64,000 nt of DNA from Hemiscyllium ocellatum (GCF_020745735.1 NC_083431.1:19992496-20056495); one strand, 5' to 3'. Numbered from the stretch's first letter, positions 13,467 through 26,739 are shown. Translations and numbers: made by a program. The notes: generated by a model not told the origin, from the sequence alone.

Positions 13467-13899
13467 GTCAGTTTGAATAAAAGGGACTTCCATGTTACAA
13501 TGATGGCTGAAAATGTCTGACTCATTAAATGTGTCCAATTTCAAAGTCTTACAAATTCACGTTCAGAGTAAACACAGCGGCCCTTCATCCTGTTGTGCTT
13601 CTGTAAGCCATTAACATGGGTTCTCTTAACCTGCTTCTGGGAAACGTCTTGTTACTAGGAATTTAAAAAGGCAATGTAACTGAAAATTACAATTGTTGAA
13701 GATCTTTCAGTGAGACATTAAACTAAAACTCCATTTGTTCATTCATCGTGATCCTGTGGCACCATCGAAAGACCAGCAAAGGAGTTCTCCACTGCATTGG
13801 TCTCTTCAGTTCTTCAAACTCCTCACCCCCACCTAATCAAAAATTCAGAAGAATTTAATTGGCTGAGAAAGGCTTTGGGAGGAGTTGAGGTTGCAAAAG

Positions 13900-14965
13900 G
13901 TGCTTTATAATTGCAATTAAGATTACAGCATGTGATGCTGGCAGTGGCATATTAATATGGATGGAGATTGGCTAACTAATAGAAGAGAGAGTTAGGATTG
14001 GGGGCGGAGGGTGTATTTTCAGTTTGGCAACTTGTAACTAGTGGAGTGCCACAAGGATCAGTGCTAGGGCCACAATTTTATTTGTAATATATTCCTTAAT
14101 CACTTAAATGACAGAAGTGAATTTACTATAGCCAGGTTTGCTGAAGACACAAAAAATAGGGGAGAGTTAAGTAGTGAGGAGGATGCAGAGTCTATAGTGG
14201 GATATAACTAGTTTAAGTAGTGGGAAAAGACTAGGCAGGTGGAATGTAATGTGGGATTATGTACATTGGCAGGAAGAATAGAGGAGCTAAATATTATTTA
14301 AATGAAGAAAACTGCAGAAAGCTACAGATCAGAGGGGTTTGGGAGTCCTTGTCCATGAATCACATAAAGCAAGCATTTATGTTCAGCAGGTCATGGGAAG
14401 TCAAATGGAATGGAATATGAAAATAGTGAGGTCTTGCTAAAGTCAGACTATTCCTGGAACACTGCAAACTCTTTTGGTTTGCCCTATCCAAGGAAACACA
14501 TTGCTTTAGGCTCAGTCCAGAGAAGATTCTACAATTCAAGGACTTTCTTTTGAGGAGATGGTGAATAGGTTGGGCTTGGACTTTAGAAGAATGAGAGGTA
14601 ACCTTATGGAGTACTCAAACTACTTGGAGACTCGGAAGGTTAGATGCAGAAATATTGTTTCCACTTATGGGAGAGTCTAGGGCTAGAGGGCATTATCTCA
14701 GAGTAAAAGGTCACCCATTTATGAGGAGCAATTTCTTCTGTCAGTGGATAATGATTCTGTGGAACAGAGGGCTTATGAAGCTGGGTCATTAAGTATATTT
14801 AAGCCTGAGATATACAGATTTCTCATCAGTTAAGGGATCAAGTCTTATGGGATAAAGCAGAAAAGTGGAGTTGAGGGCGATCAGATCAGCTATAATCTCA
14901 TTGAATGGCAGAGCAGACACAATAGGCCAAAAGACCTACTTCTGCTTCTATGTTTCATGGTCCTT
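13900..14965 (+). mobile_element. Old, frameshifted CR1 LINE ORF2 3' portion
   Basis: gtaactagtggagtgccacaaggatcagtgctagggcc encodes VTSGVPQGSVLGP; tttgctgaagacaca encodes FAEDT (decayed FADD). Confidence 0.8.
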
Positions 14966-15401
14966 ATGGATTAAGTCTTTCTTTTTCATTCCAAGAGAAT
15001 TCTAATATAAACAAGCCGTTCAAATTGAGGTAAAGATGTTTCTAAACATCGTTCTCTTGCTTTGAAAAGTCTCCTTTCTGAACAGCTTTAACCAGCAACC
15101 ACCCTTTTCTTTGGCTAGTCAAAGTTAATACTGTTCTTTCTTTGAAAATAGTTATTTTTTGACCTGAAGAGTGTTCTTCACCCTTTCCATTAGTAACGCT
15201 CCGTGAATCGCTGTTTCATTGTCACTCTCACATTCTGAATCTCTGCAGGAGTATACAATCTGTAATTGCAAGTCAATCAAGTAAGAACAATGGGAACAAG
15301 CCAGCGAGCAGGTTCCTTTATTATCTGATAGGACAACTATTGACAACGTAATGTACTGCTGCTATATGTCTCACAGTCAATTCATAATATCATTGAAGAA
15401 C

Positions 15402-15711
15402 AGAGTCATAGAGTCATAGAGATGAACAGCATGTAAACAGACCCTTCAGTCCAATCTGTCCATGCCGACCAGATGTCCCAACCCAATCTAGTCCCACCTG
15501 CCAACACCCGGCCCATATCCCTCCAAACTCTTCGTATTCATATAACCATCCAAATGCCTCTTAAATGTTGCAATTGTATCAGCCTCCACCACTTCCTCTG
15601 GCAACTCATTCCATACACGTACCACCGTCTGTGTAAAAGAATTGCCCCTTAGGTCTCTTTTATATCTTTCCCCTCTCACCCTAAACCTATGCCCTCTAGT
15701 TCTGGACTCCC
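15402..15711 (-). mobile_element. CR1 (HER1-like) LINE 3' fragment
   Basis: (TCTATGAC)n tail; SRTRGHRF...FTQ.VVRVWNELPEEVVEA in ORF 15488..15832. Confidence 0.88.
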
Positions 15712-15796
15712 CGGCCCCACAATCACCACATTGGCCCAAGAAATGACTCTGCATTAACTGAAAGGGAATAGGGCAATACAATATGAGGCTTTCATT

Positions 15797-18066
15797 AATA
15801 GACAATAGACAATAGGTGCAGGAGTAGGCCATTCAGCCCTTCGAGCCTGCACCGCCATTCAATATGATCATGGCTAATCATTCCTAATTAGTATCTGCTT
15901 CCTGTCTTATCTCCATAACTCTTAATTCCACTATCTTTGAGAGCTCCATCCAACTCTTTCTTAAATGAATCCAGAGACTGGGCCTCCACTGCCCTCTGGG
16001 GCAGAGCATTCCACACAGCCACCACTCTCTGGGTGAAGAAGGTTCTCCTCATCTCTGTCCTAAATGGTCTACCCCATATTTTTAAGCTGTGTCCTCTGGT
16101 TCGGCACTCACCCATCAGCGGAAACATGTTTCCTGCTGCCAGAGTGTCCAATCCTTTAATAATCTTATATGTCTCAATCAGATCCCCTCACAGTCTTCTA
16201 AACTCAAGGGTATACAAGCCCAGTCGCTTCAGTCTTTCAGTGTAAGGTAATCCCTCCATTCCAGGAATTGACCTCGTGAACCTACGCTGCACTCCCTCAA
16301 TAGCCAGAATGTCTTTCCTCAAATGTGGAGACCAGAACTGCACACAGTACTCCAGGTGAGGTCTCACGAGGGCCCTGTACAGCTGCAGAAGCACCTCTTT
16401 GCTTCCATACTCAATCCCTCTTGTTATGAAGGCCAGCATGCCATTAACCTTCTTCACTACCTGCTGTACCTGCATGCTTGCCTTCATTGACTGGTGTACA
16501 AGAACACCCAGATCTCTCTGTACTGCCTCTTTACCTAAATTGATACCATTGAGGTAGTAATCTGCCTTCGTGTTCTTGCCACCAAAGTGGATAACCATAC
16601 ATTTATCCACATTAAACTGCATATGCCATGCATCTGCCCACTCACCTAACTTGTCCAGGTCACCCTGTAATCTCCTAACATCCTCATCACATTTCACCCT
16701 GCCACCCAGCTTCGTATCATCAGCAAATTTGCTAATGTTATTGCTGATACTATCTTCTATATCATTAACATATATTGTAAAAAGCTGCGGTCCCAACACG
16801 GATCCCTGCGGTACCCCACTGGTCACTGCCTGCCATTCCAAAATGGAGCCGTTTATCACTACCCTTTGTTTCCTATCAGCCAACCAATTTTCAATCCAAT
16901 CTAGTACTTTGCCCCCAATACCATGTGCCTTAAGCTTACTCACTAACCTCTTATGTGGAACTTTATCAAAAGCTTTCTGAAAGTCCAGGTACACTACATC
17001 TACTGGATCTCCCTCGTCCATCTTCAGAGTGACATCCTCAAAAAACTCCAGAAGATTAGTCAAGCACGATTTCCCCTTCATAAATCCATGCTGACTCTGA
17101 CCTATCCTGTTACTACTATCCAGATGTGCCGTAATCTCATCCTTTATAATAGACTCCAGCATCTTTCCCACCACTGAGGTCAGACTAACTGGTCTATTAT
17201 TTCCTGCTTTCTCTCTCCCACCTTTCTTAAAAAGTGGTATAACGTTAGCCACTCTCCAATCCTCAGGTACCGATCCCAAATCTATCAAATTCTGGAAAAT
17301 AATCACCAACGCATCCATAATTTCCCGAGCCACCTCCTTCAGTACCCTGGGATGTAGACCATCAGGCCTCGGGGACTTATCAACCTTTGGACCTAACAGT
17401 CTCTCCAACACCAAATCCTGGCAAATACAGATTCCCTTAAGTTCAGGTCCTTCAGTCACTGTTACCTCAGGGAGATTGCTTGTGTCTTCCCCAGTGAACA
17501 CAGATCTGAAGTACCCATTTAATTCTTCTGCCATTTCTGGCATGATTGGTGTAATAACCTCGCTGAAGGTCTTGTCCAGAAAGATCTCGTTCTCTCGGAT
17601 GAGCCTAAGGTCCTCGAGTTCTTTCATCAGCGCTGCAATATGCTCGATCAATAGCTAAATGTGCACACACTTTCCGCACATGTACGAGCCAGACACACCA
17701 GAGTCGTTGACCTCCCACATCAAGCACGTAGCGCACTGAACCAGCTGGGCAGTCATGTCTTCACCCTCTTCAACTGTGGCGTAATCACTTCACTCAACCT
17801 CCTTTTCAAAGACTCCTGAGCTGAAGCCTCACTCTTCGATTAAAAACTTCCTTAGACCCTCGTTTTGTAGCAAGCCTGTGGACTCTTAATTTAGGTTAGA
17901 GGAGGAGGGAGGGAGGGAGACCCTACTTTGTAGGACCTGGGGTTTAGAACACACCCACTCTTATAGCAATCACTTACCTTTCCGACCGGCTTTGCGCTCC
18001 GCCTGAACTTCCGCCCAGCTCCCACCGCTCTCTGCTGCGAAAAGACCGTTGGAGAAGTCACTCATT
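15797..18066 (-). mobile_element. CR1 LINE with 5'UTR and ORF1 N-terminus fused to the ORF2 RT (internal deletion)
   Basis: ORF 16188..17651 has RT motifs (YLDFQKAFDKVPH, SGVPQGSVLGP, KFADD); ORF1 CxxC..CxxC from ATG 17756; (CTATTGT)n tail at 15797-15815; possible TSD ggc(t/a)ttcatt at 15787-15796 and 18067-18076. Confidence 0.88.
16188..17651 (-). pseudogene. CR1 reverse transcriptase ORF (487 aa, lacks APE endonuclease, frameshifted C-terminus)
   Basis: Translated ORF with non-LTR RT motifs; the C-terminus continues in another frame (ORF 15888..16151). Confidence 0.88.
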
Positions 18067-18289
18067 GGCATTCATTGAATTTGCTCAGAAAAGTTGTAGC
18101 TTTCTTTTTGCTAGGTGTTTTGGATGATCTTAAGAATAATCTTTAAATGTCACAAAATCAAGTGGCCCAGTGCTACAAATGTACTGAAGCAGTGCACCAT
18201 CGAATGGGAGAGCCAGCTATCATTGATATTTAACTCTCACCCCCTCCACATCAAGTTGCTGAATTGGCCAGAGCTCTTGGCAAAGTTTC

Positions 18290-18620
18290 TCTGCAATGAA
18301 TGACTCACTTCCTGAATCACAAGGAGTCAGTCAGGGGTGTGATGGATTGCTCTCCACTTGCCTTGATGAGCGCAATTCCAACAACACTCAAGAAGGTAGA
18401 ATCCATCCAAGACCAAGCAGCCTGTTTCATTGGCAACACCTTAAACACTTATTCCCTCCAGCGTCAGCCTCTACAGAATTCACTGCAGTGATTCCCCAAG
18501 CTGACCTCCCAATCTTTGACACATAGAGGGACAAGGCCAGCGTGTCTATGGGAATGCTGGCACCATAAATTCTCCTCCAAACCTCACACCAGCGTGACTT
18601 GGAAATGTATCCCTGTTCCG
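18290..18620 (+). mobile_element. Ancient LINE (L2/CR1 group) ORF2 3' fragment
   Basis: VRGVMDCSPLALMSAIPTTLKKVESIQDQAACFIG in ORF 18300..18491; related pieces at 1-400 (-) and 54030-54520 (+). Confidence 0.6.
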
Positions 18621-20879
18621 ACCCTACTCACCATACCAACACACTGGATCTTGCTCCCAGAGACAAATTACATGCACCCTACTCCAATCAGAGCACAATA
18701 GCCCACAGCCCCAATGTGGGCACTGCAGCTCCACCCATTGTGAGTACAGCAACCCTTCCCTCAGTCAGAGCACAACAGTCTCTGCTCCCAATCAGAGCAC
18801 AATGGCCCTCTCCCCCAGTCTGGGCACAGTTTTGTGCCTTGGTATACCCGTCTTGTCCTGGGTCCTGACCGAGAACACTCTGAGGGCACTACCTTCACCA
18901 CCCACACTACAACTGTTCAAGAAAGTGACTCACCACCACCTTCTAATGTCTAACCTGAAATTTAACCAGGCAGACTCAACATCCCTGTGAGCTGACCTTT
19001 TTTTGCACACAATGCGTGAAGTTCACTGTTACAGAATGAGCAAATACCTCATATCATGTTATCAATCTCTGTGGGATTCTTCTGTTTGAAATCTTTTGTT
19101 TTGCAGAATAAAGAATGAGGAAAAGTTTGGGTTCTGAGTCCTTTTGTTGTATCAGTACCCAGCCAGAATATTGCCTTGGCCGACAACTATCGCAAACACC
19201 TCTCTATTAACCACTATCTGTGGTGTGCAATACTGAAGGCACTGAGCAATGTTAACCACACCAATAAATAAACTATTTAAGACTCACCACTCCTTGCTGT
19301 AATATTTAAAACAATTGTTTAGCATAAGGTTTCTTCAAACACGTCTGTTTCTAAGAATGGTTTACACAGCTTGCATCTTAGCCAAAACACGTATAGCCCC
19401 CACTGTCAAGAAGGCAGCTACAGATCATCACTAAAGGAACCACACTTTCTTCAACAATATGATGACAGCAGGGGTAGTATCTGTATTCCAGAGGGCTTGA
19501 ACTGTCTTACTTAAGCTTGTGACTAAACTTACAATCCTAGGTGACATGGCCACATTTATAGACTCATGCTTAGCACCACCTAACAGGAAAGGAAGCACTT
19601 TTTTTGCACAGTATGTAGAATAATGTACAGAACAGTGGAGGACCATTTCACTCTCTCACTGTTAGATACTTGTTTTGGCTCTTAAACTGTATAGAAGGGA
19701 AACCAACCAAAGAATAAAGTGTTTAAAGAGGCAACTGAGATGGCATCCATTTGCAACAATTCCCCCCCTTTATCAGTGCAACCATCATCCTCACTGCAGC
19801 AGTAATTAAGGAAGTGGACCCATCACTTGAACTCTCAATTAGAGCTTCTTCCAATTCATTCTGGTTCAGTAGCCACTGCCTAATATTTTATTTGAATTTG
19901 AATTGGGAGACTAGTATCCCATCACCAAGTCACCCTTTACTTACATATGCACAGTACTTGGGCTGTAACCAGCCAGCTCAAAGCCAGTCCCTAGTCTGAA
20001 GAGACCATCTGAGCCTCCTGTTTTTATCTGTCAGCCAGGGTTCCCTGATTAGCCCAGGTTAACAGACCCAGTCAAGGATTACATAGTCAATGAGAGCCAT
20101 CTGGTCCTGGTTCTAATCAGTACAGAACTGTAGCCCAGAATGGGTTAGTGTGCTTAGGGCAGAAAATTGGAATTTTATTTTTAAAATTCAGTTTTAAAGG
20201 TGATACAATGACACAGATGCAATCTATTTGGTGTCTTGGTAAGTTGTTGTCATTCTATGTCAGGTACAATAATAAGCCTGAAACGGAGTTGTCATTGTAT
20301 TATGTGCTGTCAAGGAACTAGTCAACCTAAAGGGGAATGTACAGAACAGCTGCTTCATCTCCGAGCTGGCACAGTTTGAAAATTCCAGAGCCAGGTAGAT
20401 TATCTCTTCAATTTACCCTCAAAAGATTATTTTTCTGCATTTGTAGTTTATAATGATCATGCAAAACATAGGATTTTAGTAAACAAAAGCATGGACTAAG
20501 ATAATTAATATTACTTGAGCTTATTCTTACATCTGCTGCTATTATCATGGCTCAGTGCAAAATAAAGCAAGAGAAATGTCCAAATGAAGAAATAATTTCT
20601 GCCTCTGTTCCTGAAAGTCCTGATTAGCCTCGATCCAGTGACACCGCTCAAACCTCAATCCTGAGTGAGTAGGGCATTTTTAAAATAGGCTTTTAACTAC
20701 TGAGAGTGTCAGAGAAGAGAGAAATGTCACAGCTAAGCCCATCATTACTGGCCTTGGCATATTGTCATATGTGTGTACTTTAACCAGCCATCACAGTTTG
20801 ATTATAAGCATGTAGGAACTCTTTCTGATTAACTACCTTCTTTCCTGTGGACCACCACTGGGTGGGTGAGGGAGTATTT

Positions 20880-21455
20880 ATGAGTGTGTGCCTGTCTGTG
20901 TGTCTGTGAGATAATGTATATCTGCCGGTGTGTCTGTGTCTGTGAGAGAGAGGGTGTTTGCGTCTGTGTGTATGTGAGAGATAGTGTGTGTGTGAGTGTA
21001 TGAGAGAGTGTCTGGCTCTGTGTGTGTCTGTTTCTGAGAGAGTGTGTGAGTGTTTCTGTGCTTGTCTCTGTGTGTCTGAAAGAATGTGTGAGACAGTGTC
21101 TGTGTCCGTCATTTGTGTGTGTGAGAGAGAGTGTGTAAGTGTGCGTGTGAGTGTGCATATGTCTGTGTCTGTATCTGTGTGCGCATGTGTGTGTATGTGT
21201 GTGTGTCTATCCGTGTGTGTGAGAGAGTGTGTCTGTGTGGTGTCTGTGTGTATGTATGCATGTCAGAGTGTATGTGTGTGCGAGTGTGTCTGTGTGTGAG
21301 ATTGTGTGTGTGTGTGTCTGTCTGTGTGTATATGTGAGTGTGTGTGTGTGAGGGTGTGTGTGTCTGTCTGTGTGTCAATCTGTCTGTGTCTCTGTGTGTG
21401 TTTGTGTGTGTCTGTGTTTATGAGTGTGTGGGTGTGTGAGTGTGTGGGTGTGTGT
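20880..21455. repeat. Degenerate (GT/GA)n microsatellite tract
   Basis: About 575 bp of imperfect TG repeats; source of several spurious ORFs. Confidence 0.95.
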
Positions 21456-21599
21456 ATAAAAAGAAAGAAAGACAGACAACAGTGAAGTCATTCAACACTA
21501 TCGCGTGCAATCATGTCCAATTCGCACCATTCCACCATTGTAATTGAAAGCACCAATATCAACCAGATTATACACACTGCTCTAAGGCCACAGACCAAA

Positions 21600-21775
21600 C
21601 ATTCTCCCTACAAGTTAGGTGGATTGGCCATGCTAAAATTGTCTATAAGGATGTGCGGGCTAAATGGGGTTATGGGAATAGGGTAGAGGGTCTGAGGTTG
21701 GGTGGGATATTTTTTGGAGGGTTGGTGCAGACATGGCAGGCCAAATGGCCTCCCTCCATACTGTAGATATTCTTT
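21600..21775 (+). mobile_element. HE1/V-SINE-type SINE 3' fragment
   Basis: gttaggtggattggccatgctaaa...ggccaaatggcctcc..ccatactgtag. Confidence 0.6.
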
Positions 21776-22087
21776 GATACTATAATAATACTCTCTGTCC
21801 CCCTTGTTGTTAAATTTGGGTCACAATCCTTTATCAATTTAGTTTCCCAGAAAATAGCAAAGACAAGAATCGCAGTCCTATCATCTTTTGTGTTCAGCTT
21901 TGTGTCTGGTCATGTATGAAGTATTTCTGAGATACACATCATCTGGATGAACCTTCACCCTTGTGTTTGATTTGCCAAATAGCCTGTACAATTCAATTTT
22001 ATCATCTTTGAATCAATTGGAGATTAACTAATGCAGTATGAAGCCTAGAGCTGCAGTTTCCAGGTACTAAACTTGGGTGAATCAGTT

Positions 22088-22404
22088 TTAGATTAGATTA
22101 GATTACTTACAGTGTGGAAACAGGCCCTTCGGCCCAACAAGTCCACACCGACCCGCCGAAGCGCGACCCACCGATACCCCTACATATACCCCTTACCTAA
22201 CACTACGGGCAATTTAGCATGGCCAATTCACCTGACCCGCACATCTTTGGACTGTGGGAGGAAACCGGAGCACCCGGAGGAAACCCACGCAGACACGGGG
22301 AGAATGTGCAAACTCCACACAGTCAGTCGCCTGAGGCGGGAATTGAACCTAGGTCCCTGGCGCTGTGAGGCAGCAGTGCTAACCACTGTGCCACCGTGCC
22401 GCCC
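22088..22404 (-). mobile_element. HE1/V-SINE-type SINE, young full-length copy
   Basis: Intact CpG-rich tRNA head with A box (TGGCACAGTGG) and B box (GGTTCAATTCC), V-like core, CR1-derived 3' end, (AATCT)n tail. Confidence 0.9.
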
Positions 22405-23734
22405 AGTTATTAAAACCCTTGATTATTGAGTAATTAATTAAATAGACAATGCATTGATAGAACAATCATTGATTAAGGCAGAATGCTTTTAACTTTTTGT
22501 CACTTCAATTGAAATGTGGGCTCGCAGTAATTGAATTTACTCACCCATGCTGCGATGTGTTTTGTTTGTTGGGTGTTTGATTATATGTATGTGTGAATAA
22601 ACGAATGGGCTGTGTTAGGCTGATGTATGGTGTTGTAAGTAATCCAGATCATTAAAGTCTTAGTAGTCAAAGATTCAAGTCATCAGGAAATTTGAAGGTA
22701 AGACCAGACCACCACTAGGCTGCCAGTAATTGAACTTTTAATTCACTCTTTACATTCTTTTTGCAGAACAGATTGAATGACAGAGCCCAGCGATATGTTA
22801 AGTTCGAAACATGGTTTCACAGTCTTTACCTCATGACTGCAGCACACAGAGACTAAAATGCTGATATTATAAATTAGCCTCCTTGTGCAGTGTGCCTACT
22901 GGATGACTTTTGTTTCCAATTAGGATTGCATTGACAAAGTACTGAGCCCTTGTAGAAAATGCAAACAGTGGGCACCTGCCTAAAGTTGAATTTAGAAGAA
23001 ATAAAAGGTGACTGAAAGGCAGCATCACACCAAGAACTATGTGCGAAACAAAAAAAAAGACAACAAAGTACAATAGAAAGAAAATAATAACAGTGGGTTT
23101 TGACCTGAGGGTCAGAGCTACACTACAGTGCCCTCAGCAATAGAAAAATCAATTGGCTGCATACAGTGCAGAAGGGAATGTAGATGCAGCCTTCACTAAC
23201 TTGCCAACCATTAAATGTTTATTGCTGCAATTAATTGCCAAGCACTAAGACAATTGACCATTGCTCCATCAGATATAATGGCATTATATGGGCAAGGATG
23301 AGATTATTATGCACAGTGGCATGTTACAATCTGGTGTGCTAATTAAACTGCCAGGAATGTAGTCACAGATCTTGTGCCCATTTCCCAGGTGCTGCAGAGA
23401 GATGTGCAATTACGCAGCATCTTTCAAGACCAATACACCCATAGTCCTTTAAAGTCAATTAAATATTTTTGACACATAGCCATGTTGTAAATATGGGTAA
23501 GGTGTGGGCTGATATACACACAGCAAGGTCTCAGAAACAGTACTCTTGGCCAGGGCATTAGGTATTCCTAACTGCTTGGTGAATAGTGCCAGGAAATCTT
23601 TAATGTGCCTGAGCCAAATAGGGTTGTTGATTTAATGTTGAATTCAGAATTACAGCGCTCTTATCATGCAGATTTCAGCCTAGATTTTGTTCTCCGTCTG
23701 TAATGGGACATTACGTTTTAGAGGACACCATGAC

Positions 23735-24115
23735 TATGTTTCATTAAAACATAAAATATCCTGAGGGAGCTTGAAAGGGTGCACATTGTAAGGATGTTTT
23801 CTCTTATGATAGGATATAGATCGGGGGTCACTTTTAACAAAAGGGTGAGGGAGCTATTGGAAAGACAGAGGGGGAGATTTTCTTTTCTCACAGAAGATAG
23901 TGAGTCTTTTGGAATTGTCTCCCTCAAAATGTGGAGGAAGCAGAGTCTTTAAATATAGTTAAGTAAGAGGTAGGTAGACTCTGGATAAGCAAGAGATAAA
24001 AGGTTATCAGAGGTGGGTGGGAATATAGTAATGAGTTTACAATCAGATCAGCTATGATCTAATTGAACGGCATGGCAGGCCTGAGGAGTCAAATGGCTCC
24101 TAAGTTGTATGTTAC
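23735..24115 (+). mobile_element. Old CR1 LINE 3' end
   Basis: Decayed form of the same 3' end seen at 14580-14965 and 51660-52050. Confidence 0.6.
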
Positions 24116-24299
24116 TATGTTTTATAAATAAAAACTGAATGTGTTAGAGAAATACAGCAGGCCTAGTAGCATCCATGGAGAGAGAAACAGAGTTAATATT
24201 TCAAGTCCAGTATGACTGTCTTCAGAAGTTCAGACTTCTGCCAGATCTGCTGAGTTCCTCCTGCATTTCCTATTTTTATTTCAAGTTTCTGGCCCCTGC

Positions 24300-25285
24300 A
24301 GTCATACAGCCACAGAGATGTACAGCACAGAAACAGACCCTTCGGTTAACCCGTCTGTGCCGGCCAGATATCCCAACCTAATCTAATCCCATTTGCCATC
24401 ACTTGGCCCATATCTCTCTAAACCCTTTCTATTCATATATCCATCCAGATGCCTTTTAATTGTTGTAATTGTATCACTTCCTCTGCCAGCTAATTCCATA
24501 CATGCACCACCCTCTGCGTGAAAAAGTTGCCCCTTAGCCCCCTTTTAGATCTTTCCCCTCTCACCCTAAACCTATGCCCTCCATGTCTGGACTCCTTCAC
24601 CCCAGGGAAAAGACCTATTTACCCTATCCATGCCCCTCATGATTTGATAAACCTTGATAAGGTCACCCCTCAGCCTCCAATGTCCAGGGAAAATAGCCCC
24701 AGCGTATTCAGTCTCTCCCTAAAGCTCAAATCCTCCAACTCTAGTAACACTCTGCTAAATCTTTTCTGAATCTTTTCGAGTTCCACAACATCCTTCCAAT
24801 AGGAGAGAGACCAGAGTTGCACACAATATTCCAAAAGTGGCCTAACCAATGTCCTGTACAGCCGCAACATGTACTCAGTGCTCTGACCAATAAGGGAATG
24901 CATACCAAACGCCTTGTTCACTATCCTATTTACCTGCGACTCCAGTTTCAAGGAACTATGAATCTGTACAAAGGTCTCTTTGTTCAGCAACTCTCCCCAG
25001 GACCTTACCTTACTACATGTATAACTCCTGCTCTGATTTGCCTTTCCAAAATACAGCACCTCACATTTATCTAAAGTAAACTCCATCTGCCACTCCTCAG
25101 CCCATTGGCCCATCTGATCGAGATCCCATTGTGCTCTGAGGTAACCTTCTTCGCTGTCCACTACACCTTCCAATTTTGGTGTCATCTGCAAACTTACTCA
25201 CCATACCTCCTATGTTCGCATTCAAATCATTAATATAAATCATGAAAAGCAATGGACCCAACACTGATCATTGTGACACAGGCCT
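24300..25285 (-). mobile_element. CR1 (HER1-like) LINE 3' fragment
   Basis: ORF 24670..25191: WAEEWQMEF..DKCEVL.FG, LYRTLVRPLLEYCVQ.WS. Confidence 0.88.
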
Positions 25286-25464
25286 ATTTTGCTTTTATTT
25301 GTGTGTTTTTGTGTATGTTTGCTAGTCATGCATCAACTACAATAACCAGAGGGGTGCTTTAAATATTGTTTAAAATTATAAACATGCATTCATTCTGCTG
25401 TAGACTATCAAGTTATGATGAAGTAATACTGAACATCATAGTAAAAACATCTTCTTGAAAGTTT

Positions 25465-26670
25465 AGGGAGTAGGTTTGCTTGCTGAGCTGTAGGTTTGAT
25501 ATCCAGACGTTTCATTACCTGGCTAGGTAACATCATCAGTGGTGACCTCCAAGTGAAGCGAAGCTGTTGTCTCCTGCTTTCTATTTATATCTTTCTCCTG
25601 GATGGGGTTCCTGGGGTTTGTGATGATGTAATTTCCTGTTTGTTTTCTGAGGGGTTTATAGATGGCATCTAGATCTATACGTTTGTTTATGGTGTTGTGG
25701 TTGGAGTGCTAGGCCTCTAGGAATTCTCTGGCATGTCTTTGCTTAGCCTGTCCCAGGATAGGTGTGTTGTCACAGTCAAAATGGTGTGTTTTTTAATCCT
25801 TGTGTAGGGCTATGAGGGAGAGGGGATTGTGTCTTTTTGTGGCTAGCTGGTGTTCATGTATCTTGGTGGCTAACTTTCTTCCTGTTTGTCCTACATAGTG
25901 TTTGTGGCAGTCCTTGCATGGAATTTTATAGATGACGTTGGTTTTGTCCATGGGTTGTACTGGGTCTTTAAAGTTTGTTAGTTTTTGTTTGAGCGTGTTG
26001 GTGGGTTTGTGTGCTACTAGGATTCCAAGGGGTCTCAGTAGTCTGGCTGTCATTTCTGACACTTCTTTGATGTATGGTGAGGTGGTTAGGGTTTCTGGCT
26101 GTGTTTTGTCTGCTCGTCGTGGTTTGTTCTTGAGGAATCCGTGCACTGTGTTTTTTGAGTATCCGTTCTTCTTGAATACATTGTATAGGTGGTTCTCCTC
26201 TGTTTTTCGAAATTCGTCTGTGCTGCAGTGTGTGGTGTCTCGATGGAATAGCGTTCTGATACAGCTTCGTTTGTGTGTGTTGGGATGGTTGCTGGTGTAG
26301 TTGAGTATTTGGTCAGTGTTTGTCGGTTTTCTGTATACGCAGGTTTGTAATTCTCCCTTGTCCTTTCTTTCTACTGTGACGTCCAGGAATGCGAGTTTGT
26401 TGTCAGTTTTTTCCTCCTTGGTGAACTTTATGTCTGTGAGGGTGTTGTTGATGATGTTAAGTGTCTCTTCTATCTTGTTTCGTTTTGTAATGACAAAAGT
26501 GTCATCTACGTAGCAAACCCAGATTTTTGGTTTGATGGTTGGTAGGGCTGTTTGTTCTAGCCTTTGCATTACCGCTTCTGCTATGAATCCTGATAGCAGA
26601 GATCCCATGGGTGTACCGTTGGTTTGTTTGTAGATTATATTGTTGAAAGTGAAGTGGGTGGTGAGCCACT
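25465..26670 (-). mobile_element. Penelope-like element (family C), 5'-truncated RT plus GIY-YIG endonuclease and terminal repeat
   Basis: ORF 25793..26608: MGS.LSG.IAE.VM, YVDDTF, L.FLDV, VYRKPT, VIYKIPC..C...YVGQTGR. Confidence 0.9.
25503..25542 (-). ncRNA. Minimal hammerhead ribozyme motif (PLE family C)
   Basis: Minus strand: CCA-CUGAUGA-U-GUUACCU-AGCC-AGGUAAU-GAAA-CGUC-UGG; stem I CCA/UGG, palindromic ACGU stem III, GUC cleavage triplet. Confidence 0.72.
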
Positions 26671-26739
26671 TTATTGGTTTCTTTATGTGGACATTGCTGA
26701 CATGACTATTATTTATTACTCATACTTAAATGACCTTGA

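Noticed and set aside
19910-20125. Possible solo LTR ending in ...taca
   Set aside because: No clear TG start, TSD or second copy in the window.
20780-21378. Five His/Thr- or Cys/Val-rich ORFs
   Set aside because: They are translations of a degenerate (GT)n microsatellite.
22320-22404. tRNA-like A/B boxes
   Set aside because: These are SINE heads with no complete cloverleaf, so not tRNA genes.
22112-22429. Recurrent ORFs containing DCGRKPEHPEETHADTGRMCKLHT (also 2159, 7687, 30746, 30998)
   Set aside because: They are antisense translations of the HE1-like SINE, not a protein family.
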